Position numbers and translations under genes: made by a program. DNA of 64,000 bases from Eledone cirrhosa (taxonomy: Eukaryota), in assembly GCA_964016885.1 (NCBI GenBank), contig OZ024740.1:80724001-80788000 (forward strand), read 5' to 3'. Shown here one piece after another: positions 55,577-64,000 of the stretch. Each line of letters begins with the position of its first letter. Within the stretch, counting starts at the first letter, position 1. Below the pieces are notes generated by a model that saw only the letters and a program-made list of their open reading frames with translations, had not been told where the DNA came from and ran no database searches.

Positions 55577-56670
55577 CCAAAGGTTTAACAAAGTTCGTTG
55601 GTTAATCAATGAATAAAGTTTCACAATAGATTAGAAGCACTCAACTGTGGGGTTTTCTGGACTTATTAATGTTACTTCAAAATATTAATAAATATAGACA
55701 TTCATGTGATCAAATATATTTTATTATACATATTTCAGAGTTACTGAGCTATTTCATCAGAACGTCCTCATCAGATAAAATAAATTGATGTCTGACATAC
55801 CTCAACTGTGCTGATGGTTCAATTCCAGTCTTGGCAGTGATTAGTTATGACAAAACTCAATATTTATATACCATAAGTTGTAACATGAAAAACTACATAT
55901 AATAGAGAGGGTACGTAGGAAATGGTGTATAAAAAATATATAATAATAAATATAATAATTATATATAAAGGCAAGTAAGAAATATAAACATTAACTACGT
56001 AACTGTTAAAAATTTAAATAATAAAATATGTATACTTCCGTATTACAGAAGGAGCAAATGAGAGAGCGAGAGAGCTAACTAGAGGAGGGAAAGAAAAGGA
56101 AAGAGAGATGATACTAAAAACAAAGGAAGGGGGGTTATGTGTGGTAATATACAATTACATAAGGAGAAGGAGATCCAACTTGATGCGTGACCGTTTTTTT
56201 TCCAAATATTAAGTTAATTAGAACTAATCTATTAATTAAATAACTTGAAATTTTTAGATTATAATATTTGAAAGAACCTATATTATTGTATTATATCAAA
56301 ATTAAAACAAATATATAGTGAAAAAAATAAATTTAACATAATTCCAAGGGTAATAAAGAGTATATTTAAATGATTGAATATAGTCAATAATTTAGTTAGA
56401 AAGATCAAAATTAATAATGTTACTAACTAACCATAAAGCTTATAAATATAATAAATATGATATTATTAAACCAGATTTATTTAGATATAAGCACTTGTAT
56501 AGTTTTTATATAAACTATAAGATTTAAATCGATATTTGTCAATTATATATAATATTAATTATTAGTTATAATTACACTTAAGAGTGTTATAAATTTGATT
56601 TCACTAGATTTTACGGTATTCAAAATTATACATCAAGTTAAGTACAGATTATTAATTTGTACTTAACTTG
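55575..56670 (-). mobile_element. Family D PLE 3' region with hammerhead at 55717-55782
   Basis: Homologous to 17470-17870; reverse complement tattttat-CTGATGA-..-GAAA-tatgta-TA-ataaaata; right boundary uncertain. Confidence 0.65.
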
Positions 56671-56679
56671 ATGTATATA

Positions 56680-57287
56680 AAATAGAATATAAGGGCAAAT
56701 TAGGGAACATACAAATAAAAATAAAATCTACACACAGAAAATACGCAATGTTTAGACAAATCACAGAGGCAATAAACTTAAATGAATTCCAACCAAAATT
56801 AAATAGAAAACATGAATGGAATAGCAACATCACAACTTACAATTAAGAACAAAATGAAAACACACACACATAGAACAAACAACCAACTAGTAACATGTAC
56901 ATAAACATATAAATAAAAAAATAAAATCACACACAGACACCCCGATGTAACACATGCGCAAACTAAGGTCACAACACACACAGAAACAAGATGGCGTAAG
57001 ACAGAACAAAGGAGAGGCACATGACAAAGAAAAGAACCCCAGCCACTGAAGAGGTCACAGAATGTGTGACGAAAGAACTTTGACAATATATGAACAACCG
57101 TCCAGTTGTGGAACCAACCAAGCACCCGGAAATTTATAAATTTATAAATATAATAAATTGGAGTGAAAGCAACTGGTGCGTATGTTTCTTATTGGCAACA
57201 TGGCCCTCCAAAAGTATAACAATGTCGGTTTCTACACCACACGTTTTCAGATAAAGAATCTTGCTAAACAAATTCAGAAACGAAATA
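56680..57287 (+). mobile_element. Neptune-like PLE 3' fragment, copy 3, with hammerhead-like motif at 57042-57084
   Basis: Matches 1855-2335 and 21900-22460; CTGAAGA-g gtcaca gaatg tgtgac-GAAA. Confidence 0.85.
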
Positions 57288-57309
57288 TATATATATATAT
57301 ATATATATG

Positions 57310-57703
57310 TAAAAGTTCTATTTAAATTGTTGGGATACAACAAGCAAATATTTTATAACTGATATAAAGCACTCAACAAATATTTGGAGTAAAAATACGA
57401 TATTAACAAATGGAAACTATATTTATAAAACCATATTTCATCAGATAAAATACAATATAGATCAGTTTTATGAATAAATATTGACAAACCCTTAAAAAAT
57501 GCAACCATTACTGTTGGAAGCTCCCAGAGCTTCCAACAGTAATGGTTGCATTTGTTAAGGGTATGTCAATATTTATTTATAAAACTGATCTATATTGTAT
57601 TTTATCTGATGAAAGCACACCCTAATTTAACTTGGTGTCCTTGAAATATGTATAATGAAATAAATATGGTTTTATAAATATAGTTTCCATTTGTTAATAT
57701 CGT
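57310..57703 (+). mobile_element. Fold-back PLE terminus (family D relative) with hammerhead at 57598-57662
   Basis: Hairpin centred on gctcccagagc (about 57525); arms 57397-57523 and 57527-57703. Confidence 0.8.
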
Positions 57704-57718
57704 ATATATATATATGTA

Positions 57719-57824
<106 letters not shown>

Positions 57825-58690
57825 TGTCCATACCGGCATTGTTTTGGCTTTATTATACACTAGCAGAAGTGCCCGGCGTTGCTCGGGGCTGAATTGCTTG
57901 AAAGTACTGTTAATGATTGCACTGAATTTATGATTATTCAGGCAAAGATTGATATAAGTTTACGCCGAATGAATATATTTGTAAGTGTATAGAAAGGCCT
58001 GTAAAGGGGTTCCTACCCCCTCGTAGAATGGTGTAAGAATTGAATATGAGGTTGCCTTGAAAAGGGCCATGTTATTGTTCTCATAATTGTAAGAATTTGA
58101 TAGTCGTGGAAGGGTGTGTAAAACGTTCGCATGTGAATAGGGCCTCTTCGTTTTCCACGAACGGCAGCGGATGTGCTGTTACAAAACTTCATGGTGTGTT
58201 AAAAGAGAATCGATGCCCTATGTAGGCAAGAGGGGAATTAAGTATGGGTAAGTAAATACGGGTAATTTATAAAATCTAGAACAATAGCATCTACTCACCA
58301 AGACTGTAGTGGTGCTGAATAGATGAATCACAACACGTCTGTGGTGGAGATGTTGTTTTCATTGATCGGCATTATGAGTAAATTTGTTGTTGTATAAAAT
58401 GATCTGTTGCTTAATTTTGAAAGTGTATGTTGCGATCGTGTTGTCGCTGATGTAAACTTTAATAGTGAGAGTGTAGATGTAGGGGTAGATGTCTCATGTA
58501 CGTTGGATATAGAAGATGAGGCTGCTGGTTTGATGACGAATGGATGGAAATAGAGGTGAGCGGAGGAAGGTGTTGGTTAAGTGTGAAGTAATTTCAGGAA
58601 ACGCCTAAAAATGTAAATGCCATCATAAAAGAGAGTCGTATGTAAATGAAATACTAACGTGTTGTTCCAAAATGATGAAGCGTAGTAATC

Positions 58691-61600
58691 CTATAAAACC
58701 TCCTTGTACACAATGTTTTTCGTTTTACGTTGTGGAACGAACGCGAAAGCATCACTCTTGCTGCAAACACGCAAGCAGCCAACGTGAAGCTGACCATGAG
58801 AGAAACATGGCTCCCCCAAATGTATTCCCGCCACAGACAGTGTTTGACCCTGCGCTTTGTTAATTGACATAGCGAAACATGGCCTTACTGGGAACTGGGA
58901 CCTCCGAAATGTGAAAGGTAGGTCTGCTCTTGATGGGAAAAGATGCATCCTAGGTATGAGCACAACGTTGCCTCGACCGCACCCTGTAATAATCGTGGCC
59001 TCAATCAGATTGGGAGATAAAGACTTAACGATCAAACGTGTGCCATTGCATTGTTTCGGGGGAACCAAATTTCTAATGAGCATTATAGGGGCACCAACTT
59101 GAAGTTTGAGAATGTGTGGTGGTAGTCCGGGGGGCTCAAAGGAATTGAGTACCTCTATTGGATAGTTGATGACGTCCTCTTGGTCAGGAGTTGTATCGAT
59201 AGACTAATATACATAGCCATCCCCAGGAATGAGGTTTAGCATTTGATCATTAATATGGTGAACAGTTTTATTCCTCGAGGCCAGAATAGCCCTTTGGCCA
59301 ATCCAATCCATATTCTGATAATTAGCTTGTAGATCTAGGAACACTGCATCTGTGAGATCAGAAGGCGTATTAACAATGGTACAAATGGAATCGATGGCAA
59401 TATTACCATTTTCATCCCCGGTTGTTTTGCCTTCGCCAAGTGCAAGGAGGGTGTGAGAAAATGCTGCTGATGTGATATCACGTCGCATATGAGCACGCAT
59501 GTTAGTGTTAAGTTTGAGAGTGTTCACCAGTGGCCACAATGTGGATGACTTAAGACACGCACTTACTGCATCAGCTCTAGTCCCTTTGGGAATAACGGGA
59601 AGTGTTTGCCGGAAGTCCCCTGAAAGAAGAAGTGTTATGCCTCCCATGGGAGCTGTAGAGTGTTTGATGTCTCTGAGAGATATATCTAGTGCCTCAAGAG
59701 CACCTCTGTGGGCCATCGTGCATTCATCCCAAACGATAAGCTTGCATCGTCTGAAGACTTCTGCCTGATCGGAGCTGTTACTGATGTTGCAAGTTGGTGT
59801 CTCAGTCTTCGCTAAGTCAAGCGGGAGCTTGAAAGTGGAGTGAGCTGTCCTGCCGCCTGGCAACAAAGTAGCCGCAATTCCAGATGATGCCACAGCTAGG
59901 GCAATGCCTTGTGTTCGCCTAATCTCAGTCAATATTAATTTGTTGACAAAAGTTTTCCCAGTGCCCCCAGGAGCGAAAAAAATCCCCCAGATTTGGCCCG
60001 GACTGAATTAACAACGGAGTTGTAAGCGAACTTCTGTTCTGGAAGTAGCTTTGGCTCATTCTCAGCTATGTACTGTGCAAGCTCGTCAACATTAAAACAT
60101 GTTTCACGCAGCAAATCTGAAAACAGTGTGTTTGTGCGTTCCCAGTTTGTTGAAGGTAGGCCATATACCGCCAAGGCACTACCGCCCATATCAAGTACAG
60201 TATCTTCGATTTCAAGCAGCGCCCTGTTGTAAATGAGGTCACTGTACCCGACCTCTATTGATGGATGTAGCCATTGAGCGTGACGCAGGAAATCTTCAGA
60301 CATATAATCTTTGTAGGTAAGCCATAAAGAGGCGGGATCAGCCAAGTCACACCATAGGAGTAGAATAGCGAAAAGCGATCTGATTTTTTTAGGAGATTTT
60401 AACGAAACACCCTCCATATAGTGGTGCCCCCATTGTGAATCATCCTCCAAAAGGCCACGCCGAAAGCAGGCTTCGCGGAAAGTATCACATAATACACTGT
60501 CAACAGTTGTGATGTCTTGAAAACTTAGTGGGCCTAAAACCTCATGGAGTAGAAGGCGCAGGTGAAAACACTCGTGTTGGTTTGGAGGTATAGTGTACAC
60601 TCTTCCTAGACAACTGTTAAACTTGACACCAGGATGTCCTTCAACATCCTGACCCGACTTCCTACGCACTCAATTGTTGTTTGACCACACATAGTAGGAC
60701 GGGACCTGAGGGTATAAAAGTGTTTTGGCAAATGTGTCAATTTGGCAAAGCCTAAAGAAACCGGTCAAAGTTGTTTGTTTTGGATTTGCCACCAATTGAA
60801 CAGCAGTCTGTTCAGTAAAGTAAGCTCGCTGGCCAATTTCCAAATGAACCGCTAGTTGTATGATGGCGGGGTGCCTTTGGTGAAGCGGAAAGCCGAATAT
60901 CCGCCAAAAAGCTTCACCACTGCTTATGTATCGACCTGCCATGTACTCCGACACCTCGTCCATGCTATTGTCCTTTTGAAGGCCGAACATGGCAGCGTCA
61001 GAACCCTTGTTAACATATTTACATATATACTTTATACACTTTACTGAATGACAGAACTCCACATTTATGTGAGCGTTAAAAGTTTTCATCAGAAATAGAC
61101 AGTACTGGACTACCCACCCATTATCCACTTGATGACCCCGTAACGACATAGTGAATCCACCATTGTCAGGGTGCCTTCGTCTGTACAGTGGGTATCCGTC
61201 GCGGCCGGTCTGGGTCTCCTCCAGGAACCTATTTGGGTATCGTTTAGTACACACATGGTCTTTGTAGCACGAGGAGAACTTTTGAAAACCGGGACCGCAC
61301 GGACCGTGCACCATGTGTGCCTTCACAATGTCGTACAGCTGCCGGTCAACAGTTGGGTCCGGGATTTCTGCTGCGATGATGTCATCAAGAACTGTCGGGT
61401 CTATTTTGTTGACCAACCAAAGCAAAATGTGCGCGTGTAGTATCCCTCTTTTCTGCCACTCAACAGTATACATGTGGCACTTAACAGACCCCAAAACCTG
61501 CCCTTTTTTTTTATTAAATCAATGAGCTTAGCGAGCTTCTGCCTGAAAACCCTTGCAATAATATCATGGCGATGGCAGTACTGCTGCCTTGGGATAAGTT

Positions 61601-63427
61601 CTCGCATTACCTCAAGCCACTTTGGATTACATGTAAAGGTGATGAATAAATCGGGTCGCCCATAATGCCGAACGTAAGTCATAGCGTCTTGTGTTCGCTC
61701 GTGCATGTACCGTGGGCCCCCTGTATAGGTTGAGGGGAGAATGCACATCTTGCCGATGTTGCGGGCGTCAGTGTCATTCCTGATGCCGTCACGAAAATGG
61801 ATGTAGGCGTCCGAGCGCAGCTGCTTCTGATTCAATTTGATGAAGCACAGTCTCTCGGACTCCATCTTTGCAGCCATGTCAACTGCAAACTGGTGAAACA
61901 GTTCCCGTGAGCTGTGCAAGGGGGCTAAAATCATTATGCCTTGTCATGAAGCGGTATGAGTAGAAAGCCATATATGAAACAGTTTTAGATATCGCAGCAG
62001 TGGGCTCGTTTGGTTTGTGGTGAGGAATGCCGAAATGGTACCCGTCTTCTCCGTACGGAAAAAGAAGGGGATACTGCAGGGCGTCATATGAACGATGCGT
62101 CTCATTAATACGTCGAAGACCACTGTCACGTCTTTGAAGAACTATGTCTCGCTTATTGTGCTGTCCACCGTGGAGAACTATGGCCACTTCATTGCACAAA
62201 GGAGCGTTATATCGGCGTGCGTGCTCCCTAGAAGGTCTTTTGTCAGCATCGATGACAATGGTGAAGTTTGGTGAAGGGGCTGTTTCCAAGGCGTATTTGA
62301 AACTGCGAATGTAGCTGTTGTGCTCATGAAGCATGTTTTGCAGACTGAGCAGCACGTCCCTGTCAAAATTGTCAGCGTCAGTGTTTGCAGGTGGTGGAAT
62401 AACGCCGAAACGCACATCAATTTGCGTATTGTAGTTTGAAATGAAATAAATTTGAAGAAACGAAGGTTTAGAATTTTGTAGTGGCTGGAGTGACCCAATA
62501 AGGTGGTACACCTGGCCCTGGACCTTGAAAGAAGGTATCCAACCAGTTTCTCTGACAACGTTAGCCCCGAAAGAAGTCATCTGAAATGCACAATTGTACT
62601 TCCTGATGAGTTGAAGGAATTTTGATGAGCTTGAGGTCGAACCAGTAAGTAATTCCTTCAAAGGGTCTGGCAGCTCCCGAAGAGGGGGCAAGCTGACCTT
62701 ACCGTTTAAGCAGCACATTGCAGGTGGTTCCCCAGCCCACTTTTTAGCATTGCAGAATTTGCAATTGAAGCACATTTCCCCAATAATTATGTCGGCGCGC
62801 ATTGAGTAATTGAAGTTGGGCTCATACTTGAAAGCCCGTAGATGCCAGTAAGGGCTGTGTGGATTCGTCAGAACGCGAGTAGCCTCGCGCCGTCGACTGT
62901 TCCGCTGGAATGTAGAACGTTGCTGGTCTGAGTCGTGGGAAGGTGTCGCATCAGTAGTAGAAGCGACGTTTGCAATGGTAATGGACCGGCCGTCTGCATC
63001 TTGAGAAGGCATGGAAGCAGTGAAAGCCGCCTCGTTCCTATGAAGGTGAGTGGTCGGTAGTTCTAAACGTTCCGAAAATCTTGAAACAGCAGTAACCGCA
63101 TCGTTTTTAGCCAGTCGAGTGGCCCTTTGTTGAGGGCCCTCTGAAGGAAGCCCTTGAATGAGCAGTAGCAGCGGCCTTTATAGCCATGCGATTCGACCTT
63201 GTTTCCGGACGCTCTGAAGCCCTGGAAGCAGCATCGTATGAAGCCGTTTTTGCTCGGCGTGCGTTGCACTGTTGGAAAGTTTCAGCAGCTCGTGATTCCG
63301 CTGAACGTAAGGCGCTCTGTGAAAGTCCGAAATTATTTTGTTCGGAGGACTCGTTTGCGGTAATCGCCTTTTGCGCGGCTGCTGCTGCCGTATGTCGGCC
63401 GAGGCGACTTCTCTTTTTCGGTGGCAT
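58691..63427 (-). pseudogene. Helitron Rep/Helicase (Zn-finger, HUH Rep, Pif1-family SF1 helicase), intronless, several frameshifts and stops
   Basis: CKFCNAKKW..MCCLNG; YDALQYPLLF; GRPDLFITFTCNPKW; EWQKRGILHAHIL; KYICKYVNKG; ASSGIAATLL..GRTAHS; IVWDE; GDFRQTLPV; FAMSINKAQGQT; HGQL. Confidence 0.95.
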
Positions 63428-63771
63428 TTTATGTGAAAAATAAAGGGTGAAAGTTACTTAAAGATAGAAATTGTAATGTGAATGAAATGTGGAAAAATTT
63501 TGACCGTGGAAGGAAAAGAAACAAATATTTGGAGTTGAAAGAGATTGTTTAGGTAAGTATAGCGACAGAGTGTGTAAAGTGTATTGAAACGTGAGTTGAA
63601 AGAAAGAAAATGAAGTGAGATTTGTAAGAAAGGAAGTTGTTTACGTACATGTGAAAATATTTGTGTAAAGTGTATAGAAACATAAATTGAAACAAATAAA
63701 ATGAACTGACATTTTTAAGAAAGGAATTTTTTTACGTACATGTTGCAAATGGCAAATGTTTGTGGTTATAA

Positions 63772-63911
63772 ATCCCGCACGTTGTTTAATTGAAGTGAGT
63801 GTGTGTTTGTATGCGTTTGGAAATAAATCAGTAAGTTTGAATTCCCGCACGTTGTTTAATTGAAGTGAGTGTGTGTTTGTATGCGTTTCGAAATAAATCA
63901 GTAAGTTTGAA
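63772..63911. repeat. Two tandem units of about 70 bp in the Helitron 5' region
   Basis: tcccgcacgttgtttaattgaagtgagtgtgtgtttgtatgcgtt..aaataaatcagtaagtttga occurs twice. Confidence 0.9.
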
Positions 63912-64000
63912 GTATAAAAGAGAAAGTAGCAAAATGTGTGGGTTGTAGATAGAGGAGGAGAGCAGATGATATGAGAGAGTAAAACGGACAGTATCACCAC

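Larger units (their letters stand above)
57860..64000 (-). mobile_element. Helitron (autonomous-type, decayed); 5' end at or beyond the window edge
   Basis: Minus-strand 3' terminus cccgagcaacgccggg hairpin (57872-57887) followed by CTAG|T at 57860; contains RepHel. Confidence 0.95.

Noticed and set aside
58691-59932. Host PIF1 helicase gene
   Set aside because: It is fused to a Helitron Rep domain, frameshifted and bounded by a Helitron 3' terminus

Overview
AT-rich, microsatellite-dense eukaryotic (metazoan) DNA made almost entirely of nested transposable elements. The SINE and repeat profile would fit a mollusc such as octopus, but this is unverified. No host protein-coding gene can be supported, and most ORF-track entries are translated microsatellites. 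Contents: (1) Penelope-like retroelements (PLEs) of two kinds. Naiad-type copies include two near full-length decayed elements (28.8-33.9 kb and 36.9-44.6 kb) plus fragments. Neptune-like copies are three 3' fragments. (2) An R4/Dong-clade RLE LINE joined tail-to-tail to an inverted partial copy, with both 5' ends in (TACA)n. (3) A large decayed Helitron RepHel on the minus strand with a canonical hairpin+CTAG 3' end, and a second internally deleted Helitron. (4) tRNA-derived SINEs, an RTE remnant and a mariner-like MITE. The most striking hidden signal is RNA-structural. I read more than 20 type-I hammerhead ribozyme motif instances (some degenerate) by eye. They include U3-A8 covariant cores, a conserved U4C core and 60-85 nt stem II extensions. 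Two tandem non-coding monomer pairs (320 bp and 485 bp period) carry one hammerhead per unit and look retrozyme-like. Many short fold-back (hairpin plus tail) elements sit in (TA)n, and their inversion points often fall inside the ribozyme stem II. All coordinates were read manually and are approximate to a few or tens of bases.
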